64,000 bases of DNA, taken from Octopus sinensis (lineage: Eukaryota). Under the pieces are notes generated by a model. The model saw only the letters and a list, made by a program, of their open reading frames with translations, made no database searches and was not told where the DNA came from. How positions within the stretch are numbered: position 1 is the stretch's first letter; every line of letters starts with the position of its first letter. The stretch is from the NCBI RefSeq assembly GCF_006345805.1, contig NC_043000.1, forward strand, positions 7,130,001 through 7,194,000, written 5' to 3'. Made by a program: the position numbers and the translations under genes. Shown in pieces: positions 1 through 13,817 of the stretch.

Positions 1-222
1 GAAGTCTGCTTTGACATCGTTCCTATAGTTAGATGCCTTCCAACCACATTAACCCTTTCATTACCAACCTGGCTGAAACTGGCTCAGGCTCTGGAGTACA
101 AATGTCTTGTTTTCATAAGTTTTGAATTAAAATTTTCCACCAAACTTTAGTCACAATTTATGTTCCTAACACTAGCTTAATGATAACTAAGTTATTTTAC
201 TAAATTCTTTGTTATACTTAAA

Positions 223-500
223 ACTAGCAGTATCGCCCAGCGTTGCTCGGGTTTGTTTCGACACTTTAGAATTGGAATTTTTGAAAAGTAAACATTTTGC
301 ATTATGTAGCTTGTTATTCTCTTTAAGTGAACATTTTTCTGGTTGAAATACACCGAAAAATGGCGACACAGCAGTTTAAAAAATCGTAAAAAATAGGGAT
401 TTTCATAGAAAAAAAAGCACCTTTTTTATGTAAATAATTTTTGGTGTTAACATGCTCCGATTTGAATTTTTTCTTCTACTGAAGGAAGAGCAAGTGGACA
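223..500 (-). mobile_element. Non-autonomous Helitron 3' end
   Basis: The minus strand reads CCCGAGCAACGCTGGG (GC hairpin), then CGATACTG, then CTAG-T, the typical Helitron 3' terminus. The other boundary is approximate. Confidence 0.6.
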
Positions 501-1230
501 TTTTAACCCAACCCTCAGCAAAACACAAATACGTCACATAAAAAGACAGGCTTGTGGATACATTCCAGCTGAGTGACCAGGAAGTGGCAGCCAAGATACA
601 GGAGGAAGAATTAGGCAATTCTAAGCCTCTGAAGTTGATGGACAAGGTGTTGGCACCAGTTCCCCCCAGTGAGTCACCTTCCTTTTTGTTTAAGGAAATA
701 TTCCTCCATAAATTATCACCCCAGGTCCAGGCCCTCATAACTCAGACCAAGATCAAGGACCTGTATCAGTTAGCGAAAGCAGCAGACTAACATTTTTTTT
801 ATCCAGTGGTGGTATGGTCAATGCCATAGGGTCAGCTTCGAGACATGGAAGACAACCTGTGCTTCTACCTTGCTATTAATGGCCCCGTCCATGTAGCTCA
901 ACCGCCAAACAGGGCCACCCCAAGCAGATCATACCAACCCTTAGCAAGGAACAGTCACTAAAGAGCCAAGTAACCACATGCACAGGCAGGACAGTTAAAA
1001 CATCTTCCTGGTTTCAATGACAGTCAACAGTTCTGGTGGTGAGCTATATGCAGGGCACTGCTGAAGGATTTATGATGGACAAACTTGATGCAGACTGGCT
1101 GGAGAGTTGGTCTGCAGCAAAGCTGACTTCTGGTTAAGTGGGTTTTCTACAAAGCAAGTGTTGACTGGTGGCTGTTACCTTCATGTCTTTAACTAAATAA
1201 ATCTTTCACAAACACATTCTGAGTCTCTGT
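500..1230 (+). mobile_element. Degraded Gypsy-type LTR retrotransposon gag fragment
   Basis: ORF 554-790 (LGNSKPLKLMDKVL...FLFKEIFLHKLSPQVQ...LYQLAKAAD) resembles the invertebrate Gypsy Gag pattern LGDxKPSxLM...LFLxxLP...LAxxAD. A degraded LCFY knuckle-like stretch follows near 856. Confidence 0.5.
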
Positions 1231-1842
1231 TAATTTTTTTTTGTGTGTGTATAGCTTAAGTAAAGCTATTCTAACTTCATTTCTTTCTAAACTTTGCAAG
1301 TCCCCAGCATCCAAAGTCATGTCTTACTACTATGCAACACTGCATTTGGCATGCTCACATCATACAACTTGTCCTTCACTCCGGGAGAAAGATCCTTTGT
1401 TTCCATAGAGGCAGTAGGTCCATGTTCTTACTCCAGCTACTAAGCTTTCAGAGCACTTCTCTGCCACCACTTAGGTTGCCAAGGTAACAAAATCAACAGA
1501 CTACATCTAGAGAGCCTTCAGAACCATTCAGAGAATCAATTTCCTGGTAGCTCTTAGTATTAAATGCTCCTATACACCTGCTGCATATGAGGGCTTTGAT
1601 GAGGATGGTGATAGGGGGGATAGGAAGTAAATGGGTCTCAAACCAATGAGCAGCTAGAGGTTAAGTGGAAGAGATAAAGGTAACAGGAAAGTGAATTGTA
1701 GGGATATGAGAGTGTGCCAAAGTGCAAGGGAAGCAGCAACAGTAAATTAGGTGGTAAATATACCTATGCACACAGACACACGCATGCGCATGCACGTGCA
1801 CACACACACTATCACATATCCATATGCATGTGTGCGTGCATG

Positions 1843-1894
<52 letters not shown>

Positions 1895-2244
1895 TATACA
1901 TATATATATATGTGTGTGTGTGTATAAGTATGTTGGTGCAAACAGGAAAAATAGAATGAATATTTTTATTAATATTTAACAGAAGCAAAAGAGTGGCTCA
2001 AGGTCTGAGAGTTTTGTGCATTGGCACTTCTGCGATCAGGTCTTCTCTAAAACCATGAATTGCTAATCAATTCAGCCTTTTGTTATCACTTCCATGAAAT
2101 GCAATATCTTGAGATCAGTCTTCACCACAACATACAATCAGTCCTGCTACTCTTAAAGATGTAATTTTTACCAGCAGAAATAGTAGCTCCCTGAATTATA
2201 CACACACACACACACATAGATATATATATTATCATCATATATGT

Positions 2245-2288
<44 letters not shown>

Positions 2289-2289
2289 G

Positions 2290-2645
2290 CCGGGGCATGG
2301 CATTGAAGAATTTTAATCGAATAAATCGACCCCAGTAATTTTTTTGTCTTTAAGTTTATTCTGTCAGTCTCTTTTGCCAAACTGATAAGTCACAGGGATG
2401 TAAGCACATCAATTAAGCAGCGGCGGGAGACAAAACACAAAGATATGCATACACCTACATAAGCACAACACATACACACACACAACAAGTTCCTTTCAGT
2501 TTCCATCTACCAAATCCACTCACAAGGCTTTAATTGGCCTAAGGCAATAGTAAAAGACACTTGCTGAAGGTGCTACAAAGTGGGACTGGACCCAGAACCA
2601 TGTGGTTGAGAAGCAAACTTTATACCACACAGCCCCATGCCTACA
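2290..2645 (-). mobile_element. tRNA-derived SINE copy (dominant local family)
   Basis: Reverse complement of the head (gtggctgtgtggt...gggttcagtccca) and body seen at 7490-7868. Confidence 0.7.
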
Positions 2646-2724
<79 letters not shown>

Positions 2725-2819
2725 ACAAAGGGTAAAATTAATTAATTAAAAAGTAATCAATAATTTCACCAAGTAGAATTCGGCATGAAAAAAGGACCAT
2801 TTCACAGTAAACTTAAGTA

Positions 2820-3026
2820 ATACTTAATAATTAGGGTTCAGCAAAGATTTGCTTTACCACATACCGAAGTTTAGAAATAGCAGCCAAAACCTTAGCTATT
2901 TCTTCTACTTTAAAAAGTTTCTCTGGGAGTCCCTTTTTAAAATAGAAGAAATAGCTAAGGTTTTGGCTGCTATTTCTAAACTTCGGTATGTGGTAAAGCA
3001 AATCTTTGCTGAACCCTAATTATTAA

Positions 3027-3030
<4 letters not shown>
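2820..3030. repeat. Near-perfect palindrome (~95-bp arms, ~15-bp spacer) in an element set between (TA)n tracts
   Basis: 2820-2917 (tacttaataattagggttcagc...tcttctactttaaaaag) is the reverse complement of 2933-3030 with few mismatches. Confidence 0.9.
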
Positions 3031-3096
<66 letters not shown>

Positions 3097-3354
3097 TGAG
3101 AGAGAAGAAACTCAGTGATGAGTATATATATATATATATATATGTAGATGTAGGAGTGGCTGCACAATTATAACAGTTTTGTTTTACTTTATTTTGCACC
3201 AACATACTTGCATCTCACATAACCATATAAAATTACTGCTCACCAATGCTATTTTAGTCATTTTCTGAGGTGTTCTTTCAAATAACCGATTTATTTTTAG
3301 TGTTAATATTTAGTATTAATGATATCCATATTCTTTAAAATGTTATCAACTTAC

Positions 3355-3437
3355 TATGTCAGCATTTTTATACACTTCTGCTTCAGTGCAGGCTTTGTCT
3401 ATAATGTCAACCATTCCACATTTATACAGAGGTGTTC
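3355..3437 (-). CDS. BtpA/SgcQ-family protein (F13E9.13-like), coding exon 2
   Basis: Polypyrimidine tract and ttcttag acceptor, gtaagt donor, 83 nt in phase 1/0. Encodes (G)TPLYKCGMVDIIDKACTEAEVYKNADI and joins exon 1 to give IGMIHVKSLPGTP, the BtpA-family N-terminal motif. Further exons were not found and are probably left of the window. Confidence 0.8.
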
Positions 3438-4229
3438 CTAAGAAAATAGAAAAAAAAAAGTTAAATTAGAAATTAATCAGACAAGGAATATTTTCAAAAC
3501 TATAATTAAACTACAATTGATGAATAATTAATGAAAATTTTAACAGGCATATTTTAACCTTTTGGCATTTAAACCAGCTATATCCAGCCAAAATAATCCA
3601 CCTGAATTATTTTCAAACTGGCCAGATCTGGCCTTTCACACTTATCCTACAAAATTATTCTAAAAATAAACAATTATGCCACTGAAATCTCAAAGCCACA
3701 AGTGACTAATTCATATAAATGCGAATAAATCTGAATGTTATAGGGCTAATGGAAAAAGATGTGGTCTAGTGGTAAGGGTGTTGCATTCATGATTGTATGA
3801 TCATGGTTTCAATTCCTCAACTGGGTAGTGTGTTGTGTTCTTGAGAAAAACACTTCATTTCACATTATTTCAGTCCTGTAATGGACTGGTATTCCATTTG
3901 GGGGGATGTAGCCTGCCTGCCCAGCCAGTGGGGTGGCATTATTTAAAAGCTGTAACAATGCAAGAAAGTGCATTGCGACTAGTGGTGCATAACAACATCT
4001 AAAAAGTCTGGTTGACACAGGGTCAATGATATTTTAATACAATATGTTTTGAATTCAAATCTTGCCAGCAGTGATTTCACCTTTTGTCACTTCAAATTTA
4101 ATAAAACTAGCGAAAACCCAGAAACTTAGCAAAAACCAAAGTATTAGTAAGTAGGAAGGCAGACAAATCACAAATCCCTTCATATAGATGGCTCTGCTTG
4201 ATCTGTAGAAAAGGCATAGGTAGAAACTC

Positions 4230-5372
4230 CATAAGATGCACCCGGTAAGCCTTGGACACATAAAAGGTGCAGCAGTATCAGAGAAGGGTTAACAGGGAAA
4301 ATAGATTTTGTATGTGGAAGATGTAGAGGTGCAATAAACACCAAAAATGTACAGAAAATAGACTCCATCAACTGCCAGTGAGGTAAGCTAGAGGTAGTAG
4401 ATAGTTTCTGTTGTCTAGGTGACCAAGTTAGTAGTAGAGGTGGATGCTCCAAGAGCATGGCTATGAGTATAAGAATAGGCTGGGCAAAGTTCAGAGAGCT
4501 CCTACTTCTGCTGGCAACAAAGAGCCTCTCCTTCAGAGTAAAAGGTAGATTGTATGATTCTTATGTGCGAACAGCTATGTAGCAGTCAAACATGGGCTGT
4601 GACAGCTGAGGACAAGTGTAGGCCTGAAAGAAATGAAGCCAGTATGCTTTACTGGATGTGCAATATCAGTGTGCATGTTTGACAGAGTGTAAGCACCTGG
4701 AGAAAAAAGTTAGGCATAAGAGGCATTAGATGTGGTGTGCAAGAGAGACGACTGCACTGGTATGGTCATATTATGTGTATGGATGAGGACAGCTGTGTAA
4801 AGAAGTGCTGATCTCTAACTGTGGAGGAAACCTGTAGTATAGGTAGACCCAGGAAGATATGGGACGAGGTGGTGGAGCATGATCTACGAATTTTGGGCCT
4901 CACAGTGGCAATGACTAATGAGTGAAACCTTTGGCAATATGCTGTGCTTGCAAAGACCTGTCAAGCCAAGTTAAATTGTGGTCATGGCTGATGCTGGTGT
5001 CACATAACTGGCACCTGTGCCAGTGGGATATAAAGAACATCTTTCGAGCATTGGGCTTCATGGAGGAAAAATAGCTGAGCTCCTTTTGAGTGTTGGGCCT
5101 CACAGAGGCAATGACCAAGACCTTTGGCATTATCTTGTGCTTGAAAGCCATCAAGCCAAGCAAAATCACAGTTGTGGCAGATACCAGTGTCATGCAAATG
5201 GCACTTATGCTGGTGGCTTGTAAAAGCACCCATTACACTCTTGGAGTAGTTGGTGTTAGAAAAGGTATCCAGCCATAGAAACCATGCCAAATCAGACTGG
5301 AGTCTGGTGCAGCCTTCCAGCTTGCCAGCCCCGGTCAAACCATGGACAACAGACATTAAATGCTGATGATGA
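4230..5372 (+). mobile_element. RTE-clade LINE 3' fragment (degenerate)
   Basis: RT C-terminal remnants (LEVVDSF.LGDQ, KGRLYD, GRPRK.WDEVV), the shared 3' UTR and a (GAT)n tail. Multiple stops and frameshifts. Confidence 0.8.
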
Positions 5373-5695
5373 GTGATTGGCCTGAATGTCATAACTTTGT
5401 CCATATTAAGCTGGTATTTGGAACATAAAATAACTAGAATTCTTGGTGGAAGGTTTAATTTTGATCACTTTTTTAGATCTTTTAGATATTTTTTTTTAAC
5501 ATATTTCTGTTCTATCTTTCAATTAATTTTGAAAATAATGAAGAATTTACTAAAATAACTGTTATTTTTCAGTTAGTTTTGGAGACCTAAAGTTTTAATT
5601 TAGATCACTTGAAAAAATGAAGTTGTGAATCAAGAGAAGTCTCAGACAGTTTGGTATCAAGAGGGTTAAAGTTTTTTTTTTCCTTTTGTCTCACT

Positions 5696-5908
5696 TAACC
5701 CTTTTGTTACTTTCTTTTTATTGAAATTTTAAAAAAACCTTTGTTATAATTAATAATGAAGAATATAGAACAATAACTTTATCATTATTAATCTGGCATT
5801 TGGAACTTAACATGAAATTTTAATTGAATTTAGATCACTTCAAAATATGAATTTTGTATCACAGACAGCAGGGACAGTCTCAAGACAGATTAATATCAAA
5901 AGGGTTAA
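5696..5908. mobile_element. TTAA-flanked MITE (piggyBac-like termini)
   Basis: Begins ttaacccttttg and ends caaaagggttaa. Similar ends occur near 50, 3555-3748, 5669 and 45078-45301. Confidence 0.55.
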
Positions 5909-7489
5909 TTAAAAGAAATGAATATTCTTTATCTTAGAAATTTTGTGGAAGTTAAACTAAGTATTTTGTCATCCCTAAAAAATAAAGGTATGTACTCTTA
6001 ACCTTTTAATAACCTCTTTTTATAGTAGAAAGATTAAAATACAGGAGTGAAGTTTAATGTAGTTAATGTTAAGTGTCGAAGTTTCAAGAGTTTGTAATGT
6101 AATAGACTGAAATATATAGACAGGAAGGAAATTCCAGAGATGAGTGCTAAGGAAGAAGGTGAAGAAATATAAAAGCAGGTATAAGGATATCAGAGGGGCT
6201 TTTTTTTTTGTTTTTGTTTCTTTTTATTCTAATATAACTAATAAAACTGCAAAACTGAATGGAAATACACCACATAAAAAAAATTCTTACTTTAAGTCAG
6301 TGATTACAGATAATGGCTTTCAATGAACAGAAGTTGTAGTAATGGTTGAAGAAACAAGTTAAGATATATTCGTGGGAAATAATCTTCTTTTGGTTTTGTT
6401 TTTAATCTATTAACACCCATTATAGTCTCAAGAAGTTGAGGATATGGTTGAAATTATAGCTCTTGAGTGTTGTGAAGTAAGAAATAGAACTTGAAGGCTG
6501 ATAAATATTTCACTCTGGTATGTCTTGGGTCAGGAAGCACAATGGTTGAGTGGATTAACTGTTGGCATATGAGATTGTATCATGATTGCTTGACACATTA
6601 GTCAAGACTAGGGCACAACTGTATTGTGTTCTAGTTGCTACATTTTACTTAGCTGGATAACTAGTACATGTTTCAGTTGGGAATACATTTGTAATAGACC
6701 AGTTGTCACTGATCACTTTTATGCTATGTAACCCAGAAAAAAAAAATAATAATAATAAAATCTACTGGTCTTTCAAGCTGTACGACTTTGTGAAAATATT
6801 TTTAAGAATAATTTTCTTTTCAAATAACATATTTTATAATCATTATATACATCCAGTCAAGATGTCCCAATATTTGGCACTTTTTCTATCAGTTTCTACT
6901 TAAGACTGAAGCCTATTTTGAATATTGGAGTTAGATGCTTCTAAATAGTTATACATCTTCAACTCTTTAGTACTCAGATTACTCAGTCAAATGCAATGCT
7001 TTGAGTTAATCCTGTATTATCTTGTAGCTTTGAGATTTCAATGGTGGGATTTCAATAGTTATAGAAAGACATTGTAGGGTAGGTGTAAGAGGTTGAGTCT
7101 TGTCAGTTTGAACAAAAGACAGCTGGAATATCTGAGTTGGATATGGTCGTATTCATGTGGCACTAGCCCGGGTATCTCTCACATGGCACCAGCACAGGTG
7201 CTCTTCACATGCTGTCAGCATGGATGCTTTCCTATGTGGCACTAGTATGGGTGCTCCTCATGTGGTGCTGGCACAGGTGCTTTTTCTGTGGCACTGGCAT
7301 GGGATAATGAATGATAATGGACCCCTCACATAATATGAGTTAAATATAGCTATATCTTCTGCTTATCTGAGTAATTAATCATCAGAACTAAAGAGTTAAA
7401 CTGATAAAATTAACCATTTATTAATTGTTTTCCAATAAAACTGATTATAGATTTTTATTTAAATCTTATATTCTGCAGATTTTATTAAA

Positions 7490-7868
7490 GTAGAAGTGGC
7501 TGTGTGGTAAGTAGCTTGCTTACCAACCACATGATTCCGGGTTCAGTCCCAGTGCGTGGCACCTTGGGCAAGTGCCTTCTACTATAGCCTTGGGCCGACC
7601 AAAGCCTTTTGAGTAGATTTGGTAGACGGAAACTGAAAGAAGCCCGTCGTATATATGTATGTGTGTGTTTGTCCCCCCATCATTGCTTGACAACCGATGG
7701 TGGTGTGTTTACATCCCCGTAACTTAGTGGTTCGGCAAAAGAGACCGATAGAATAAGTACTAGGCTTCCAAAGAATAAGTCCTGGGGTCGATTTGCTCGA
7801 CTAAAGGTGGTGCTCCAGCATGGCCACAGTCAAATGACTGAAACAAGTAAAAGAGTAAGGAGTAAGAG
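7490..7868 (+). mobile_element. Full-length tRNA-derived SINE with ~43-bp target-site duplication
   Basis: A/B-box-like head (gtggctgtgtggt...gggttcagtccc), conserved body and gagtaa tail. Flanked by direct repeats at 7446-7488 and 7869-7912. Confidence 0.85.
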
Positions 7869-10607
7869 TATAGATTTTTTATTTAAATCTTATATTCTGC
7901 AGATTTTATTAACATAGCCGAAAGGTTCTTGAAGACTGTTAGGCTTGATGTAGTTGATGCAGGTATGACAGAATTTCAAAAGGCATTAAGAATAGAGATA
8001 TATAACATTCTTTCACAAGGTCTAGGAATTTTTCTGGTTGGTTTAGTATTAGAAAATAGCTAAGATTATGATGGTTTCCAGAAAAAAAAAATTAATTTGA
8101 TAGGGACTAATTACAGAGAACAAAAAGATATTTTAGGCAGTTTAGACAAGAGAACTTATTCCATAATTATCCATTTACTTGGAAAGGTTATGGTTATATA
8201 TAAAGTCTAGACATTCATTGTTTATAAGTGAAGCCTTTCAAATTATGAAAATTTCATTTTTTGTTGGACACGGCTTTCAAACAATAGTCTGTGCATAATC
8301 TACTGGCTGTTGATGGTTTCTGTGTCTTATTAATGGTAGGGATGTCACAGTGAAGAAGAGAACTTGGAATGCTTGCAATGAGATATGCCAGTAGCAAAAG
8401 GTATGTCGAAGATATTTTAATGGATCAGTCAAGCCTGTGTAACTGATGTTTAATGCTGGTTAGAGTAGCTAAAAAAAAAAAAACCTCAAAAAGCTTCTGT
8501 AATATTATGATATGGTTGAATAGGAGTCGTGAATGCTGGTAGTAAGATTATAAATAAATATAGTTATAAATACAGTTAGGTTATAAATATAGTTAGGTAA
8601 GGGTTATCTGTTGATGTGAGTTTGGGAAAACTGCATTTCTGAATATGGTTAATTTTAATTGAATAACCAAAACCAGAAGGGATATGATTATCATCATTTA
8701 ATGTCCCTGTTTTCCATGTTGGCAAGGGTGAGAGGGTTTGACAGGGCTGGCAAAATGGAGGGCTGCGACAGGCTCCAGTTATCTGTTTTGACATGGATTC
8801 TATAGCTGAATGCCCTTCCTAATGCCAACCACTTTACAGAGTGTACTAGGTGCCTTTTACACAACACCAGCCCAAGTGCTTTTTATGTGATACCAGCTGT
8901 TCACATAGCACTGGCCCGTGTGGTTTTCATGTGGTGCCACCCTGGGTGATTCTCACACACCACTGGCATGGATGCTTTCCACATTACACTGGCATGGGTA
9001 ATTTCGATGTGGTGCCAGCATGGGCACTTTTATGTGGCACCAGCGCAAGTGCTTTTTACATGGTGCCAACATGGGATAATGCAGGATAATGGATCCATCA
9101 CATAAAATGAGGTAAATAAATATATCTTCTGTCTATCTGGGTAATTAATCATCAGAACAACACTAATGTAAACAAGATTTTGATAGCTTGTCCAGATAAA
9201 ATAATTAATAGAAACGTAAACATAGTCATTGGTGGATAAATGGAAATATAATTATAACATTTTAGGTATGAGTAGAACTGGACAGACGGAATTGAAATTT
9301 TACATAGAGAGAAGCAATGGAATTTATAGAATCAGAAAAGATTAACATGGAAAAGACATATGCACACATGAATGTATGTGTGCATGCATGTATGTATATA
9401 CATAATTATATGTGTATGCACATGTATGTATATGTATATATGTATTTATGTATGTCTGTACATATGTATGTATGTAAAAAGGGTAAAGACCCCCTTTGAT
9501 CATGAATGACCATGGGATTGCTCCTAGAAAGTTACCCTCAGAGGCACAAATCTGGGCAAATTTGTTTATGGAAGACTGGCAGTCGCCCATGCATACCAGC
9601 TCCCTACTTCACACCACTGATGTTATCCAAGGGAAAGGTAAGGGCCAATACAACTTGGCACCAGTGATATTGCAACTCATTTCTACAGATGAGTGGAACT
9701 GGAGCTACGTGAAATAGAGTGTCTTGCTCAAGAACACAACACACAGCTTGGTCGAGATATCAAACTTACTAACTCATGATTGTGAGCCCAGCACTCTAAC
9801 CACTGAGCCATGTGCCTTTGTATGTATGTATGTATGTATGTCTGTATGTATGTCTGTATGTATGTATGTATGTATGTATGTCTGTCTGTATGTATGTATG
9901 TATGTATGTCTGTATGTATGTATTGCTGCTGCTACCACCACCACCACCACCAAACTTCTTAACCACATAGATATGACATATATATATATATATGCATTTT
10001 ATATATACATATGTATAATCTGTTATGATCTACATTTTGTTGAACAAAATAACAGAGAGATTGATAGTCCATGTATGCATCAATAATGATGGTGAATTCT
10101 ACAACTCACTGGTCCGACCCCAAAATCTCATCTTCATAAAATATTGAAGACATGTCAGTGTCACGCGGTCTATCCACTCAAAGCCTTATCTACAGGAAGA
10201 GCAGAACTTGTCACCACAGCCTAATAGAACACTCACCCATCTTACAATGCTGCCACCATGCAGAGCAGAATACTGTATACTACCCCATGTTACTACTTAC
10301 AGCTAGTTGAACTAGGCCAATGGAAGTTAAGCATCTTGACCATGAATACAATGCTCTAGATTATAAAATGCTGACCACTTGAATAATAGTTCAACACCCT
10401 ATTGACTTGGATATATGTGGCTACTAATTGTTCAAAGCCATGACAAATTTTTTACATTGAATTTTTAGTTTATTTCAGCCATCACAGCTAAATCAAAAAT
10501 ATGTCACTCTTTCTTTTCTCATTGTGTTTTTGTTTTAGCTGAATCAAGGAATGCTCATCTGTTTAGCTGCGGTCTCTTTAGATTTCAGGAAATAAACATA
10601 ATATAAA

Positions 10608-10825
10608 CTGTTGTGTCTGGGGAGAGTCATTTTCTTTTTATGCCTTATAATATAACACACTCACTGGTAAAATTTCCACTTTTCAATAGTCAAGACTATT
10701 GAAAAGGTTGCAAGATGCAACGAAAATTTTAGGAAAATAAAAATAAGAAAAAAGTGGAAATTTTACCGGTGTGTGTGTTGAATTATAAGGCGCAAAAAGA
10801 AAATGACTCTCCCCAGACACAACAG
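10608..10825. mobile_element. MITE-like element with ~75-bp terminal inverted repeats
   Basis: ctgttgtgtctggggagagtcatttt...aatttccacttt (10608-10683) is inverted at 10750-10825. Confidence 0.75.
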
Positions 10826-10897
10826 AAGATGCTTCAACACACGAACTCATATAAAGAATCTTGCAAACCAAATCCAAAAACGAAATATAAACATAAT

Positions 10898-12617
10898 CAT
10901 CATCATCATCATCATCATCATCGTTTAACGTCCGTTTTCCGCGCTAGCACGGGTTGGACGGTTCGACTGGGGTCTGGGAAGCCAGGGGCTGCTCCAGGCT
11001 CCAGTCTGATCTGGCAGAGTTTCTACGGCTGGATGCCCTTCCTAACGCCAACCACTCCGTGAGTGTAGTGGGTGCTTTTTACGTGCCACCTGCACAGGTG
11101 CCGGGGGAGTCCGGCATCGGCCACGATCGGTTGGAGCTTTTAACGTGCCACCGGCACGGAAGCCAGCCAAGGCGGCGCTGGCAACATTCGGATGGTGCTT
11201 TTTATGTGTCACAGGCACAGAAGCCAGTCGGAGCGGCACTGGCATCGGCCACGTTCGGATGGTGCTTTTTATGTGCCACCGGCACAGAAGCCAGTCGGGG
11301 CGGCGCTGGCATCGGCCACGTTCGGATAGTGCTTTTTATGTGCCACCGGCACAGGCATCACAACTACTATTTCCATTGATATTTATTTCGACGTTCATGT
11401 TCATGTACTTGACTCAACAGGTCTCCTCAAGCACAGCGGGACGTTCTGGGATCCAGGGTACTTTGAATGGGCAGGGGCTATGCGGAACTGGTGCCAGGAG
11501 CAGCCCGGGTCTTTGCAGTCACAGCATATCTCCAGAGATCTCAGTCCTTCGCCATTGCCTCAGTGAGGCCCAACGCTCTGAGGTCATGCTTGACTACCTC
11601 ATCCCATGTCTTCCTGGGTCTACCTCTCCCCCTAATACCTTCAACTGTTTGGGAGTGGCACTTCTTCACACATCTCTCCTCATCCATCCGCAGCACATGA
11701 CCATACCATTGCAAGCGTCACTCTTGCACACCACATTTGATGCTTCTTATATCCAGCATTTCTCTCAGGGTGCTTACACTCTGTCGTGCGTGCACACTGA
11801 CATCACACATCCAGCGGATCATGCTAGCTTCATTTCTTTCAAGTCTACGCATGTCCTCTGCAGTCACAGCCCATGTTTCACTACCGTGAAGCATGGCAGT
11901 TCGCACACATGCATCATACAATCTACCTTTCGCTCTGAGCAAGAGACCCTTTGTCGCCAGTAGGGGTAGGAGCTTTCTGAACTTTGCCCAGGCTATTCGT
12001 ATTCTAGTGGCGATACTCTTTGTGCATCCACCTCCACTACTAACTTGGTCACCCAGGTAGCGGAAACTATCAACTACTTCTAGTTTCTCTCCCTGGAATG
12101 TGATGGAATCTGTTTTCTGAGTGTCTGTGGTGTCTATTGTCTCTGTGCATCTGCTGAGTTCGGCTTTCTGCTTACTATAACTTTGGTCTTTGCTACATTT
12201 ACTCTAAGGCCCTTTGATTCTAACCCTTGCTTCCACATCCGAAATTTCTTTTCTAGTTCCGGTAGTGATTCTGCTATGAGAGCCAGGTCATCAGCATAGA
12301 GGAGCTCCCAGGGGCATCCTGTTTTGAATTCCTCTGTTATTGCCTGGAGGACTATGATGAATAAAAGGGGACTGAGGGCTGAGCCTTGGTGCACACCTAC
12401 TTCTACCCAGAATTCTTCACTATATTCGTTGCCAATCCTAACCTTGCTGACAGCCTCTCTGTATAGAGCCTGTACAGCCCTTATTAGCCATTCGTCAATC
12501 TCCAGTTTCTGCATCGACCACCAGATAAGGGAACGGGGAACCCTGTCAAAGGCTTTCTCCAAGTCCACAAAAGCTATGTAGAGGGGTTTATCTTTAGCTA
12601 GGTACTTCTCCTGCTTG
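10898..12617 (-). mobile_element. RTE-clade LINE, 5'-truncated
   Basis: ORF 12134-12631 carries AFVDLEKAFDRV, GVHQGSALSP and LLYADD. ORF 11718-11942 is the RT C-terminus. The 3' UTR has 60-67-bp internal repeats and a (CAT)n tail on the + strand. Confidence 0.92.
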
Positions 12618-13779
12618 TTTTTTTTCTCCACGGAATTTAATCCTTTAATTCTTTTAAACCCCCCCAGTATAAAAGTTAATTCGTTCGTTTCTCTATGCTA
12701 CCCTTTCATCGCGATTATTTAACCCACAAAAAAGCTAACAATCTAGTGAGAGATTTGTAACCTGTTTGAATATGGCAATAAGAAACTTGAAATAAATTTG
12801 AACTCATATCAGCTTCAATAATATTGATTTCAATTATTTAGCACAAGGCCAGCAAATTTGGGGTTGAGGTTGTAAGATGATTACTTCAACCCCAGTACAT
12901 GACTGGTACATATTTTATCAACCTCGAAAGGATGAAAGGCAAAGTCAACCTCAGTGGAATTTGAACCCAGAATGTAAAGTGTGAAGAAATGCCACCAAGT
13001 ACTTTGTCAAGCATGGTAACAATTCTGCCAGCTTACCCCACCTTAATCAGTTTCAATAATATTGATGAAAAAAATACAGTGAACTTGTGGTGAGGAATGC
13101 AAAGTCATACATTTTGGAGAGAGTTCTTCTTCAAGGAAAAGTTGAAAGGAGAGAATTTTATTAATTTCTCTCCTTTCAACTATTCTCTAATGAAGGATTT
13201 TGTCTGAAATGTAGGATTTTCTGCTCTTCACAGTAAGTTCACTGTATTCCTTTTATTGATTTTACTAAATTTTACAAGTCTTGCTGACACAGACCAACAC
13301 CAGCCACTTTGGAATCTATTTGATTAGAGATACCATCTTCAATAAGCAGAATATTTTATCAAAATGAAAATTGATGGTAATTAGTTACTCACAAGAACTA
13401 GTAAGAATTATTACATATGCACAAGGACTAAAAGGAATTAGTTCTTGTGTATAACAAGCCATCAAATATCAGTGCTTGCTTTTCTTTCTCATTTTGCTTT
13501 TGGTTTCCAAGAATATTTTTGTCCTTTCCTTATCTTCTGTCTTTTACTTATCTTAGTCACTGGACTGTGGCCAATGTTTTAGTTGAATGACTTGACCTCA
13601 ATGCTTATGTTTTTTTGCTAAGTCAGGGACTTAGTCTGTTGGTCAATTGTACCAAACTGCTAAGTCACAGGGACATAAACAAACCAATGCTAGTTGTCAG
13701 GTAGGGGAGGAGGGACAGAGACACAAACACTCACACACGTCACATATACATATATATATATTATATATATCACACACAA

Positions 13780-13817
<38 letters not shown>

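Noticed and set aside
7496-7560. tRNA-like sequences with A/B boxes (also at 46060-46130 and 51345-51395)
   Set aside because: These are SINE heads with no complete cloverleaf, each continuing into a repeat body.
11145-11963. 272-aa plus-strand ORF
   Set aside because: Antisense reading of an RTE LINE RT tail and 3' UTR.
13140-13215. 15-bp hairpin followed by ctaatga...gaaat hammerhead-like remnant
   Set aside because: The core is mutated and the stems are too short to support a call.
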